This document shows, in pieces, positions 40,599 to 55,255 of a stretch of 64,000 nt of DNA. Made by a program: the position numbers and the translations under genes. The stretch lies in the NCBI GenBank assembly GCA_012295275.1, contig CM022671.1:5952001-6016000 (forward strand), read 5' to 3'. Source of the stretch: Chrysomallon squamiferum (taxonomy: Eukaryota > Animalia > Mollusca). Position 1 is the stretch's first letter. The number at the start of each line of letters is the position of its first letter. Under the pieces are notes generated by a model. It searched no databases and was not told where the DNA came from. It saw only the letters and a program-made list of their open reading frames with translations.

Positions 40599-40680
40599 CT
40601 GTAATCAGAGCATTAACTTTTACCTGTGAAAATTGAGCTCCAGTGAAATGTTTTTAGTGTTGAAAATAGGCTGAATGCTC

Positions 40681-40793
<113 letters not shown>

Positions 40794-40898
40794 TGGACAG
40801 AAAAAAGACTGAGTTAGGGAAATAGTAAATTGTGTGTTTTGAGCATGTTTTATACATAGAGTTATGTTCCATATAAAATGTTTTTAAATAATAAAGAC

Positions 40899-40930
<32 letters not shown>

Positions 40931-41059
40931 AGAGAAAAACCAAAAAAGAAAACCAACATTACATTTGTTTTTCATCTAATAACATCAACTTAAAACTGAT
41001 TTGGTTAATTATACTGTGTTAGTAATTAAAAAAAATAAATACTACTATCTACACCTCAC

Positions 41060-41177
41060 CTTGTGTTTGTATTCACTGAGTTCCTGTAGCTGTTGATTCA
41101 ACTCATACTGGGAGGTTTCTAGTGACGTCTGCAGAGACTGTTTTTCACATTCCAAACTCTTCACTTCACTGGTATGA
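41060..41177 (-). CDS. CLIP1: CLIP-170/CLIP1 coiled-coil exon
   Basis: tttatttgTAG|..HTSEVKSLECEKQSLQTSLETSQYELNQQLQELSEYKHK|GTGAGG; phase 2 to 0. Confidence 0.85.
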
Positions 41178-41530
41178 CTACAAATAAAAAAAAATATTCA
41201 AATAAAAACAATTCCCATATAACCTGATTATAAAACTATACTCATATTAAATCACCTATATATATGTTAATGACCCCTAAGCACAAAAATAAAATAGGCT
41301 ATTGAATATCCTTCAAAGGTAAAAAAAAAAAAAAAAAATATTAGAAGACAATAATATTAAAATTAAAATTTAAAATAAAAGTGGAATATTAGTGAGTTAA
41401 ATGTTGGACAGAAATAAAATTTGTTTAATTAACAGTCATAACCAGTAATTAATCCAAAGAAACAACAAAATAATATAAATACAGAAAAAATAAAAAATAA
41501 AATAATAAAAAATAATGACTTACAAATAAG

Positions 41531-41640
<110 letters not shown>

Positions 41641-43376
41641 ACTCACTCACTCACTCACTCACTCACTCATTAGTTTCATTACTTTCACCCATATCCTTCA
41701 CCTAATTTTTCATTTTACTCTTTCAAACATACACACAAGATTGTCTTTCCATAAAACAATGATGTTAAGAAAAAACATAAAAACAAACAAAAAATAACAA
41801 CAGAAATTAAAAATTTAAATGAAACCAAAGCTAAGAGGATGAAAGCCCAGGGACCAGAGACATTTTTGGATCTGAATTCAGATCTGAACTCTTCCAAGAG
41901 GAGCAAGCAGAGATGAGAAAACAAAACTTACCACTAATCTAGAATCTTCTTACACACAATGGAGAAAAAGTGGCCTGAAATCTGGGATTTGGAATTGGAC
42001 AACAGGGAAAAGAGAGAAATTAAAAAAAAAAAAAAAATGGCCTAAAAAGAAAAAAAAATGTGGGAACACAACAGCAGGAAGAATTTGGAAAAATACAAAA
42101 TAACCAAGAATTAGAAAATGATGATAAACCAGAAGAAAATGAAACCAGAAAATACAATGATCAAGAACTGGGCAAAAGATACGATCTTCAAAAAATGGAA
42201 TCTAAAATGGACTGAAACAGTTAGGAAGTAAGTTTTAGAAGGAGGAAGATAATAAATTAAGATTAGAGATGGTTAAAGGTATAATAGATCAGAAATAAAG
42301 GTTTTAAAGAATCAAGAAGAAAAATCACGTATTAAATAACAACTGAAATTCACTCAACAGAAGAAATGGTCTGAACAGATAGGATGAAAAATGGCCTAAA
42401 AAGATTTAGTGAGTGAATAGAAAACTGATAAAGGTAAAAAATGGTCTACTGACTTGGAATAAGTAAACCAGAATGAAGAATTATGATTGAAATTGCCAAA
42501 ACCAAAATAAAGAAAATGTTCATGGCCTTTAAAACGCAGACAAAAATGACCTCAACACAAAACTATATCTGATCACCTGGGCTTTCCCCAAAGCTAAAAA
42601 TGGTTTAAAAAGTGGGATAGAAAAAAAAAAAAAAATAATAAATAAATAAATAAATAAATAAATTTAAAAAAAATATTTTCATCTATAAGCTGATTTAGGT
42701 TTGCAACATGATAAATACAACTACTACACCAGCATCATTACTAACAATACTCATAAAGCAAACCAAATACATGGATTCTTCCCAAATCATGCTTTGTAAT
42801 GTAAAATGACTACAGAAAGAAATGAAAGCAGTAAAAGACCATTTAAGCTGACTACACTATTATTTTATTTTATTTATTTATTTATTTATTTAATTAATTA
42901 TTTATTTATTTTATTAATTTTGTTGTCACCAATTTTATTTGAATTGTATTTTAATGTAGTTCAGATCGGAATAAATAAAAAACAAACCTGTTTTTAATAA
43001 CAAGTTTTCTGTAGAAGACAGTAATTAACTAGTTAATGACAATTTAATTTGTTAAAAAAATATTCTTCTTGATTTTTACATCTGATAATGCTCTGCCAGA
43101 AAATCTGCACCCATGCAAAAAAATTATTTCTCCTTTTTATAAGTATCTTTTTTCCCCATGGTTCATCTTTTTTTAAATATAAAATTCTATTTTTATTTTT
43201 TAATAAATTAATAACATACACATCTGTAACAGTAAATTATAATTCAAAAATCAATCTTCATTTACATGACAAATAATAAACAGTAAAAATAAACTAAACA
43301 AATTTATAGATCTTTTGTTTCCAGTTCAGTGTAGAGTCAAAAAACAATAACATGCCTGGTTTATCAATTAACAGTA

Positions 43377-43431
<55 letters not shown>

Positions 43432-43583
43432 GGAAAGTCAATTACTGTTTTCAGTAATTCAGTATTTTTTTTTAATTTTTATTATTAGAGCTGGATAAAG
43501 TAAACAATCAAATATATTATTATCAGCAAATCAGAGAGTAATTTGGAAGTACATACAAAGTATTTTAGCTACTTTGCAGATAC

Positions 43584-43620
<37 letters not shown>

Positions 43621-44160
43621 ATAATAATAATAATAATAAAATAAATATAAATAAATTTATAAATTTAATAAAATGATAAATAAAAAACACCAACAAAATA
43701 ATAAAAAACAACAAAAAAATAAATAAAAGACAGATAGAAATAAATTAAATTAAATTAAAATATATAAATTACAACATTCACTTTTCTATTATAAAAGCAC
43801 TTTCACACAATTACACTTTTTGTAACACCAAGCTTAAAATAACAACAAAAAAACATCAAAAAACGACAACAATAATAATAATCATAATAATAAAAAAAAA
43901 CATCTCCAAGGTTCACTAACTCATTTACGTAACAAACATTCATGCAGACAGCATCTGAGATACACATTTCAGCTCAGCAAGCTTTTAAAAAATACATTGC
44001 TTAAATCGTTCATGTACGAAAGCAAATGCACGAAGCTTTGAGATGTGACAACACAAGCAGAAAGACGATCTACAAGTTTTGTATGACGTCTTACCATCAA
44101 GTTTGATCAAACAGCAGCACCCACACAGAAATAAAACAACTTTTATTACAGTCTTTTTAT

Positions 44161-44770
<610 letters not shown>

Positions 44771-45439
44771 CTAGTAATAGTTACAAAAATATATATATTT
44801 TAACATGACAACTATTAATAAATTCGTTAAATTTTAACAAAAAATAAAAGAAAAAAAGGCTAATATTTTAAAATTATAGTCAGTAATGTGAATTTTTATT
44901 TATTTATTTGCTTTTTGTGTTTTCAGATAAATAAATGAATATTTAGACAGCTCTGAACAAAATCAGCTAGAACAAGTTAATAAATCTGTCTACTATTTAT
45001 ATTAAAACAGTTTATGGCTGTACCAATAAAAATAAAAAAACAAACAAAAAAAATTAAAATTTCTTTTAACACAAGAACTTAATCACATATAAACTGAATT
45101 ATCGTAATGTAAATAGTGACAAAATTTCCATCTCTTAAAATTATTTTTAAAATATTTTTCTGGATTTTTCTTCTTTCTTTATTATTATTTTGGACATAAA
45201 ATAAATAAATAAATAAATTAAAGAAATGACAAATAGATATACAGAATTATTCATTGAACTTTTTTGTAGTAGATTTTTAACATAAAATCTTTTTTATTTT
45301 TATTCTGTGAATATCTTTAATCTACATTTAAAAAATAAATTCATCTGAGTATTCTTATTTCTGTCAAAATAAGAATTAGCAAGTATCATAGTTTGTGCTT
45401 AATAAAACATGTATAATAATAATATAAATTTTTTCTAGT

Positions 45440-45760
45440 CAGTTTCACACAAGATTTACTAACAGAAAATGTATTTTTGACTAGAAGGTTTCTCACTAGG
45501 TTTACTAACACACAGAAAAATGTTATTTTTTACTTATAGGTTTCACACAAGATTTACTAACACAAAGAAAAATGTTATTTTTTACTAGTAGGTTTTGCAC
45601 TAGGTTTCTAACACACAGGTTTACTTTTACACAGATTTCACACTAAGTTTACTAATACAGAGAAAAATGTTATGTTCCATTTGGTTTCACACAAGGTTTA
45701 CTAACAAACAAAAATGTTATTTTTTACTAGTAGGTTTTGAAAGTAGGTTTCATACATTTA
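45440..45760. repeat. Degenerate tandem repeat of about 55-60 bp
   Basis: Recurring GGTTTCACACAAG(A/G)TTTACTAACAC...AAAAATGTTATTTTTTACTAGTA. Confidence 0.7.
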
Positions 45761-45761
45761 C

Positions 45762-45820
45762 TAAACACCTAATTTTAACTGTTCCATTTGTTCTCTAAGT
45801 TTCTTGTTTTGTTCTTCAAA
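45762..45820 (-). CDS. CLIP1: CLIP-170/CLIP1 short coiled-coil exon (donor position uncertain)
   Basis: ttactttCAG|FEEQNKKLREQMEQLKLGV. I chose donor TA|GTAAAT because it gives the phase 2 needed by the next exon; the alternative G|GTGTTT at 45769 gives phase 1. Confidence 0.7.
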
Positions 45821-46229
45821 CTGAAAGTAAAGTAATTATACATTTATAAATAATAATAATAATAATCATAAACCAAAATAAAAAATAAGAACACAAAACA
45901 ACCTCCTATGTTTTCATAATTCTTTAATGAACTCTGATTTTGTTGATCATCTTTAAATAATTGATAAAAAAAAGTATACAAAATACTATGTCATTTATTT
46001 TTAAAGAATGGCTTAAACAGGATCAATTCATCACTGAGTTTCTCCTGGATTATTTCCCATTTTAACCAATAAATTTTTACTATGTTAAATAAATATAGGT
46101 TTTCTGTCTGGCAAAAGTAAATAAAACAGGAAAACTTTTGTTTTTTTATTACTTATCTCCTGGATTAAAAATTTCCCAAATCCAACCAATAATTCATTTT
46201 CTGTTACAAAAATTGTTTTTTAAACAAAC

Positions 46230-46350
46230 CTTCTTTCTTTCCTCAAGCACCAGTTTGGAATATTCAAGTTCGGCTTTCATGGCCGCACTCTCTGATTTGC
46301 TCTGTGTGAGAGATTTCTCTAACTCTGTCACTGTCTGTTTGGCTGTCTCT
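46230..46350 (-). CDS. CLIP1: CLIP-170/CLIP1 coiled-coil exon
   Basis: ctgaCAG|..ETAKQTVTELEKSLTQSKSESAAMKAELEYSKLVLEERKK|GTTTGT; phase 2 to 0. Confidence 0.85.
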
Positions 46351-46385
46351 CTGTCAGTAACATTTTATAAATTAAATTTACAATA

Positions 46386-46421
<36 letters not shown>

Positions 46422-47051
46422 TATATATAATACATATTACAGAAACTATATTCTAACTTCAGCAATGCTTCTGCATGCAATAAAACATTAAGAATACACA
46501 AGAATATCTGGGAAAATGGCAGATCTTTATTATTTTATTTTTTATTAAAATCTTTATTTTGATTATACTGTTATATTACTTTATTCTTAATAAAGGTTGC
46601 TCTCTGTGAAGAAATAAAATCAGATGTATATACATCACAATGGTTACAATTTAACAAAAAACAAAACTAAAACTATAAAACACAAATAAATTAAAATAAT
46701 AATAAATAAAAACTACTTATAATATATTCTTTAATCCCATCACATGTACACTTTATACTGTTTAACAAGAACAAAAAATATATAAACATCTGAAAGATTA
46801 CAAAAAAATATAGGTTTTCTGTGTGTGTGTCATATTTCCTACAATACTGGGACATACTAAAAACAAAAAAATCTCTTGACTCTATTCAAAATACATTTCA
46901 GATCTTTACACCATCGAAAGAAGAAAGAAATAAAAGAATTACAAAAAATGTAAAACAGTTAAAATGTATTGTGTATTTGTGTGTAAAAAAATGTATTGTG
47001 TATGTTTGTTCACACAGACAAGTTTAAAAAGTCTGATGTTGTTTTACTTAC

Positions 47052-47146
47052 AACTCTTTGTTTAGTGCTGTCACCTCATCCTCACTGACTGACTTCCTCT
47101 TCAGAACATCGTCTTGTGCTGTCCTCTGTGACTTCAACTTCTCCAC
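47052..47146 (-). CDS. CLIP1: CLIP-170/CLIP1 coiled-coil exon
   Basis: tgtttCAG|VEKLKSQRTAQDDVLKRKSVSEDEVTALNKE TT|GTAAGT; phase 0 to 2. Confidence 0.85.
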
Positions 47147-48015
47147 CTGAAACATCACAAAACAAAGACTTTAAAATCAGGTTTATTTTTAAATTGTAAA
47201 GTTAATTGATAAATAAATTGTAAACTTAACTTAAAAAAATAAAAAAAAAAAAATAAAAAAGAGAAAATATTCAAATTTTAATTTATAAATAAATTCTTAA
47301 AAAATCCATTTATAAATACAAATCTAAAACCATTTTATAAATAAATTCTAAAACTAATTTATATTTAAATTGTAAAATTTATTTATAAATAAAAAGACAA
47401 AAAAAAAATTTTTAAAAAATCTAAAACCAATTTATAAACAAAAACAGTTAAATGTAAAATAAATAAAAACCTTAATCAAGATATGAAATTTAAAACAGGT
47501 TAAAGAAATCACAAAGCCAAAAAATGAACATAAAACAAGAAAAATGTTTTTTGAATCACAATATAAAATTTATTTAACTTTAGTGTTTTTCAAATTCTTT
47601 TATTTATTTTTATTTTACTATTTTTTCACATGTTAACTTTAAATTAGTATTTTATTTTGAGTTTTTTTTTTCAGATTCACATTATATTATTTTTTTATTT
47701 TATTTTTTTTTTTTTCTTATATTAGATTTTATTTTATATTTTTTTTCAGATTGACTTTATTTTACTATTTTTTTACATTTTTTTCTGTTTTACTTTATAT
47801 TATTATTTTTAGTTTTAATTTTTTCAATTATTCTTTATCTTAAGGTTCACTTTTATTTTTTTTTTTCAATTTAGTTTTTATTTTATTTTTTACTTTTTCA
47901 AATAGAAACATTTTTTTTTTTTTATTTATCTTTTTTTTTTTTCAGAATTATTTTTTATTTTTTTATTTACTTTATATTAAATAAATATTTGTTTAAAGAA
48001 TTGTTTTTGTTTCAC

Positions 48016-48153
48016 CTCTTTTTGCAGTTTCTCTATGAGGATGTCTCTCTTCTGAATCTCTGCTTTGTTAGACAAAGTCTCCTGCTGTAACCTGTCCCTG
48101 TCTCCTGTCACCTTGTCCCTCTCTGACTTCAGTGTCTCACACTGTCTCAATAT
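48016..48153 (-). CDS. CLIP1: CLIP-170/CLIP1 coiled-coil exon
   Basis: gttgTAG|ILRQCETLKSERDKVTGDRDRLQQETLSNKAEIQKRDILIEKLQKE|GTGAAA; 138 nt, phase 0 to 0. Confidence 0.85.
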
Positions 48154-48179
48154 CTACAACATGTTAATATTACAGTAAT

Positions 48180-48640
48180 ATAATGTTTTATGAGACACAG
48201 ATTATAAAAAAATGTGATATTAAATATAACAATTTTAAAATCAACAGTATGTTTTAAAGTTTACAATAAATACTGTGATTCAGATTATAGAAAATATGAT
48301 ATTAAATGTAATAGTTTTAAAATCAACAGAATATAACAATGCTTTAAAGTCTAAAATAAATACTGTGATATTCATAATATAGAAAATATGATATTAAATA
48401 TAACAATTTTAAAATCAACAGTATGTAATAAATAATGTTTTAAAGTTTACAGTAAATACTGTGAAATTCAGAATATAGAAAATATGATATTAAATATAAC
48501 AGTTTTAAAATCAACAGTATATAATATAATGTTTTAAAATCTAAAATAAATCCAGTATGAGATTCAGAATGTAGAAAATATGATATTAAATATAATGGTT
48601 TTGAAATCAACTGAATATAATATACAATGTTTTGAAGGAT
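48180..48640. repeat. Tandem repeat, about 80-96 bp unit, about 5 copies
   Basis: CAGAATATAGAAAATATGATATTAAATATAACAGTTTTAAAATCAACAGTAT recurs near 48200, 48281, 48373, 48469 and 48565. Confidence 0.85.
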
Positions 48641-48723
48641 TTTTGTCAGAGTGTATTTACCTGTACTTACCCATGTTAATTAAATAAAGTAATTACTACA
48701 GTCCATTAAAAACTAAAACGTAC

Positions 48724-48927
48724 CTCTTTAGCTGATTTGGCTTCATTCTCGTACTTGTCCTGACTTAGGTTGAGTTTCTCCTCCAGTTTTTCCCTCTCAA
48801 TGGCTGCTTTTTGCACATCACTCTGCAGTTTGGTGAGCTGTACGCGAACCTGGATGAGTTCTGTGTTGACTGCGTCTTTCTCTCCTTCCAGTCTCTTCTG
48901 AGCTTTCTCTGCCTTTTCTTTCTCAAA
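48724..48927 (-). CDS. CLIP1: CLIP-170/CLIP1 coiled-coil exon
   Basis: gtgtttCAG|FEKEKAEKAQKRLEGEKDAVNTELIQVRVQLTKLQSDVQKAAIEREKLEEKLNLSQDKYENEAKSAKE|GTACGT; 204 nt. Confidence 0.88.
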
Positions 48928-49370
48928 CTGAAACACACACACAACTAAACTTTAACATCTATAAACTAACGTATGTAGTGAGAAATCACGTTTTAATGTG
49001 CGTGAACTAAAATATATGTTGTTAATTACTTATATTTGTTTATATTTCTAAGTTATACTGTTATATTAATTTAATTTATAACAATTTTAAATTACTCTGT
49101 GAAATAGAGTTTTGAGTGAAATCAAATACTTTTACTTTCAATTTTTTTTCTGAATAAAAATAAATAATATTAATTCATGTAGTTATAGTTTTAGTTCTGT
49201 TTTAGAAATATATATATTAAAAAATATTATTATTATTTCTCCAAAAAAGATATAACATTTCTTTTCATTTCACATGGTGTTTGTTTGATAACTTGTTATA
49301 TGGCCATAACTATTCTTTTTTTCTTTTTTTTTTTCTTTCTTTCTTTCTCTATTTATTTATTTATACTTAC

Positions 49371-49586
49371 TTTAAAGGATTCTTTCTCCAGAGTGATTTG
49401 GTCTAAGACTTGTTTGTGTGCCTGTGTTTGTAATTCCTGTTTGTTCAATTCTGTCTCTTTGTTTGTTAATTGTTTTTTTAATTCTTCTATTTCTGAGTCT
49501 TTTCTCTGTGCATAAATAGTTTTCTCCTTGTCAAAGTCCTCATTAAGTTTTGTTATCTTCAATTTTGTCCTATTTAGTTCTGTTTG
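49371..49586 (-). CDS. CLIP1: CLIP-170/CLIP1 coiled-coil exon
   Basis: tttaaCAG|QTELNRTKLKITKLNEDFDKEKTIYAQRKDSEIEELKKQL...ITLEKESFK|GTAAGT; 216 nt. Confidence 0.88.
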
Positions 49587-50060
49587 CTGTTAAATAAATA
49601 AATAAATAAATATATGAATAAAAAAAGAAAGAGCATAATTAGAGACATACAGAGTATCAAATAAATAAGAAATGAAAATACAGATAAATAAATAAATAAA
49701 TAATTAAATAATATGTAAATAAATAAATATACGAATAAAAAAAGAGAGCATAACTAAAGACATACGGAATATCAACTAAATAACAAAATAAAAATACAGA
49801 TAAAAAAAAAATAAAAATAAAAATAAATGTATAATTAAATAAATAAATAAATAAATAAATAATTAATAAATCTAGTGAATACATTTAATATTTTTAATTT
49901 TTTACAAAATGAAAAAGTTGTATTTCATTCCTAGCATATATTAAAATTCTCTCACACAACAAAACACAACACAAACATGATAGAGTAAACTGCATGACAA
50001 AATGAACTGTTGTACCAAGAATATAAAAAAATATAACCCACCATATCATCTGTCCTTTCA

Positions 50061-50101
<41 letters not shown>

Positions 50102-50192
50102 ACACACACACACGTAAAACACAACACGATATAGTAAACTGCATGACAAAATGAACTGTTGTACCAAGGAAGTTAAAACAAAACTAACTCAC

Positions 50193-50358
50193 CATATCAT
50201 CTAACTGTCCTTTCAAAGCGCTAACCTCTACACTGTGTTTATTTACAATTTCTTCTTTCTCTCTCTCCTTCTCCACCTTCACTCTCTCCAATTCGTTTTT
50301 AAGTTTTGCAATTTTTTGAGTAGAACTGGACAAGTCGTTTTGTAGTTCCTCGACTTTT
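50193..50358 (-). CDS. CLIP1: CLIP-170/CLIP1 coiled-coil exon
   Basis: tactcttaCAG|..KVEELQNDLSSSTQKIAKLKNELERVKVEKEREKEEIVNKHSVEVSALKGQLDDM|GTGAGT; phase 2 to 0. Confidence 0.88.
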
Positions 50359-50451
50359 CTGTAAGAGTAAATATTTTTTTCTTTTTTTTTTTGTAATAAT
50401 TGTAGAGAAGTAATGAATATAACAGAAATAATAATAACAATAACAATAATA

Positions 50452-50560
<109 letters not shown>

Positions 50561-51040
50561 GTTACTGTAATAACATTAATATTAATAACATCATTAATAA
50601 TAACAATTTTGTTAATATTAACATTGTTAATAATAATTGAAGTAATAATAGGAGTAACAATTACATCAATTAATATAAATGATAGCATTAAAAAAATAGT
50701 GGTAATAATATAAATAACAGTATAGTTATTAATAATAATATATTTAATTATGAGACAACCAAATAATCTGTTAGAACAACATGTTTATATTTGTTCATTT
50801 GTGTAACTGTGTGTGTGTGTGTGTGTGTCTGTGTGTTAAAACCCGCTAATGACAAAAATATATATATACATATATATATATGTATATAAACTGATTTAAG
50901 AATATGACATTAACTATAACTTGCAGAACATTACACTTTAAGAAGAATACTTTTTAAAAAATTATTAATTATTAGCATTTTCTCTTCAAACAATTTATAC
51001 ATTTTTATTTATACAACTGAAGTTCTTGACATTTCTTTAA

Positions 51041-51102
<62 letters not shown>

Positions 51103-54100
51103 AACAAACAAACAGAAATTATAAATATAATAACGAATTTTACTTTTACGTTTGTTTTTTTAATATTATTTTTGTGTTTGTTTTTCGTTTTGTTTTTATT
51201 TAATTTTTTTATTTATATATATATATATTAATTATCTGTTTATACATTTTCTGGTATGTTAACTTGAAATATGACAGCTACACAATGGCCATGAAAAGGC
51301 AGAACAAGATATTTTTTCTGAAATTCCATTCTTTATAAATTTAACAACCCTTGTATTTTTCAAAGACAAATACGAAACATATTTTCAACCATTCTTGTTT
51401 CTAAATTGCTGAAATAATTACCAACATTTTTGAAGTTCAAGATTTAAAAAAAGAATAAATAGTAGATTTATGACACATTTCCATCAGTTGACATATTTAT
51501 AAATTTAATCTGACATTTTTAGATCATTTCTGCTTACGCAATGGTTAACCTTTTCAAAGAATATAAGGATAAAAAATTTAATAATAATATTATTAAAAAT
51601 AAAAAAATAAAAATAAAAATGAGTGAAAAAAATTAAATTAAATTCATAAGAATATAATTTCCTTTAAACCATAAATATCTGTTACTTCATTTTATATATA
51701 TATATATAACTGTTTAGGAAGCTGTATTTTCACAGAAAATTAATAAAAACTGAAAATTCAAAAACAACTTATTTTAAATGAAATATTTTTACTGATTCAT
51801 AACTCAAGTATATCCCTTCATACATAACCTCTTCCCAATAAATATAACAGAAAATTACAAATTAAAAATACCACACCTAGATCAATGAGTTTTATATAAC
51901 ACAAACTTCAATTCTAAACTATCTTCAATGTAACATTGTGAATTTATTTTTCCTCTGCTCTTTTATAAATTTTTTCAAAGTATTTTCTTTCAGTTTCCCT
52001 GTTTGCATGGAATGTTTTTTTTGTTGTTTTTTTTTAAGAATTATCCAAACATTACAATGTTAAATCTAATTTGTATCGGTATTGTCATAAATTTCCTTTA
52101 ACAAACTATACAACTCTTTCATAATGGAAATATTTGTTCAAGATTTATAAGACTAAATGTTATGATTTGCATAATAATATTTATATTATCCTTGAACACA
52201 TTTAACACATTTCATAAATGAACAGACTTTGTAATCTTTTGATTTACGGGAATTGTAAATACAGAATCCTATATTTACGCAATCATTTTTGTAAAATTTC
52301 TATCAATACATCATGTAAATAATCACACAAATGATGACATTTATCATCCAAAAAAAGAATTTATGCACCAAAACACTGCAATCATAAAAACATATTTTAC
52401 ATCAATCCTTTCAAACAAATTCTTCTCAGCACTTTATGTAACTGAAATCTTACACAGTCCAATTCCTTGTTCAAGAAAGAAATGGAAAGCAAAACATAAA
52501 GAAGAGATATTTTTTTACAAATATTAATAAATTTCCATTATATCAATGTGAGATTGCTTACATAATGAGATCTGCCCTTCAAGAATCTCCAAGCAAACAG
52601 ATTACAAAATATAAAATCATAATTTTTCTCCAATCTTTCTGTAAATTCAGATGCAATCGCTGAATGCTTCAGTATAAAGAATCCTTATTAAAGAGCAGGA
52701 AATCTGGAATGTTCCAACATAAAAAAACAGAAACGCAAAAAATAAAAACCTTCCTTAATTTTTGGACAAAATTCCACACACATCTTCCTTTGAAAACGTG
52801 AAAACTAAACACTACTTAAACATTTTTTTTTTTTTTTTTTGGCCAGTTTTTAAAATTAAATTTCTGACAAAACATCACATGACTTCCAGAGTGCTTACAT
52901 AATGCAATTCCTTCTTCGAGAAAGGACATGGAAGGCAAAAATCGTGACTTTCCTCGGAATATAATTATTTACTCATTCGCCTAACATCACTAGTTTATTC
53001 TACGAGCTTGTACAAAAATCTCTAAAGATGCTGTTTTCTAGAAGACTGTCATGTTGTATTCTTCACAGCTGGTTTAGGTAATCGTGATGTAGGGGAATTT
53101 GACAAAAATCAATACAGAATAACAATCTGCTTTACAGAAAGAAGAACATACTTGAAAACTGTAGTCACAGAGACCATGTTACAAGAGGATTATAAAACGT
53201 GTTTCGCTTTTATTATTTTTCTAAATAAATTTTACTTAATATTTTTATTTGACTCCTTTGTATGGGTATCTGGATATTTTTTTTTATTTTTTTTTTTAGG
53301 ATTTTTAGGTTGTTTTTTTTAGGTTTTTTTTTTGTGTGGGGGGATTTAAAAATACAATGAGACCATAATATTTATGAATTCTTTTTATTTATTGATTGAT
53401 TTATTTATTTATATTCTTCTTTCATGTTAAAATTATATGTTTATTTTATTTATTTTTATATCATTTTATTATTTATTTATTTTTATTTCATTTTATTCTC
53501 TATTTATTTTTAGTTTTTTAGGTGCAATTAATGTTCTTATGACAATAATTAAAAAATATTTTTTTAAACTAAGATTAAGATAAAAGATAACAAAAATGAC
53601 TTACAAAAAAAAAAAAAAATTATAAAAAATTAAATTATTAATAATAATAATAATAAAAAAAAAAGGACAGAAAGATTCCATCTTGCATAGTAATAAAACC
53701 ACAGACATTTAACTTGTGTGTGAACACATAAACTGAAATACAAAGGTTCTGTGTTGTTCTATTTTGATGAAACTATGCAAATAAATTGTCTGACATTTTG
53801 AAAGAATCGATAAACAAATTTGTGCTAAAAAATTTGAAATTGTGCGAAAACTTAATTCTCAAACAATTAGAGGACACAGTATTTACAATCAGTACAGACA
53901 TCTTGTTTTTAAAGTAAAATGAGAAAATTAGTGAAAATAAAATTCAGTATACTGATTATTGTTTTTAAATTTTTTTTTTTTTTATATAATCATTATTTAC
54001 TTGTTTTTATCTTTTCTCTTTTTAATGCTAAATGAATTCTAAAATTTTTTACAACTATGTTTAAATATTGCAAGAAAAACTGAGATTTTAAAAATATTTT

Positions 54101-54596
54101 ACTGAGTTATAAAATAATTTAGAAATTTTGTATTTATAACCTTTTTTTATTATTATTATTATTATTTTTTTAAGTATCTTGAAGAAAAATGATTTTTCCA
54201 AATATAATTTGTTATATGGATTTTGTCATTAAAAAACACAATTTATTTATTTAATTTGTAATCAAACTCAGTTTTTCATAAATGGATTGGAGTTTATTTG
54301 TATTAATTTTCAAATAGCAATTTAAATGTTCTTGAAACAATTTTCTTGGATAAATACTGTTTATATTTCATATAATCAAACAATTAATATTTATCTTTTT
54401 CTTTAAAAGAACTTTTGCATATAAAAATAACTTTTTTCATTTTTTTTTCTGTATCTTCATGTTGTGTACAGTTTATTTTTCTAGTATCAAATCGACTTTA
54501 TTATTATAATTATTTCTGTTATCATTATTTTTACTACTATTATTATTATTTTTGTTATTAATATCGTTATTATTATTATTATATTGTTGTTGTTAC

Positions 54597-54638
<42 letters not shown>

Positions 54639-55216
54639 TCCTACTGCTATTATTAACATGTATCACGTACTGTTTATTTTTTTCAAATACAACTAAGTTG
54701 GTCTATTTTTAACAAAAGTTTCTGACATGCAGTAGTTTTGTTTAACAAATATCTCAACAAATGTTTGAACTACATGCAAGATTTAACAGTTAGTTTGTGG
54801 TGTGACAGACACTGTAACATATTTACAAACAAACTGATGAGTCTAGACCAGTAATTGAATTTGCTTTTGCAACAGAATGAGAAAGCCAAGTGGCAGTTCA
54901 TGATGTAAAACAGATTACGTATTCTAGACGTTACTTTGTTTTGTCTAGAAATCTGGAATCTTCATCTAAAACATGGCTCAGTGAATTCATAAGAATTATT
55001 ATGCTTCCTAATTCATTATATTTGCATAAGTATACATTATGCATACAGAACAGAACACACAAACCTCTGCCCACACACACACACACACAGACACACATAC
55101 ACACAGTTAAAAAAAAAGAGGTTTATATGCATTGAATAATACAACTGCAAGAAGTCTTCTGGTTGAATATAATTATCTTCTGTCACAGAATGTCCTCAAA
55201 TCACAGAATTTTCCAG

Positions 55217-55255
<39 letters not shown>

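Noticed and set aside
44094-44140. Donor ATG|GTAAGA in a CLIP1 intron as a cassette exon
   Set aside because: No convincing acceptor with a pyrimidine tract upstream, and it is not needed for frame continuity.
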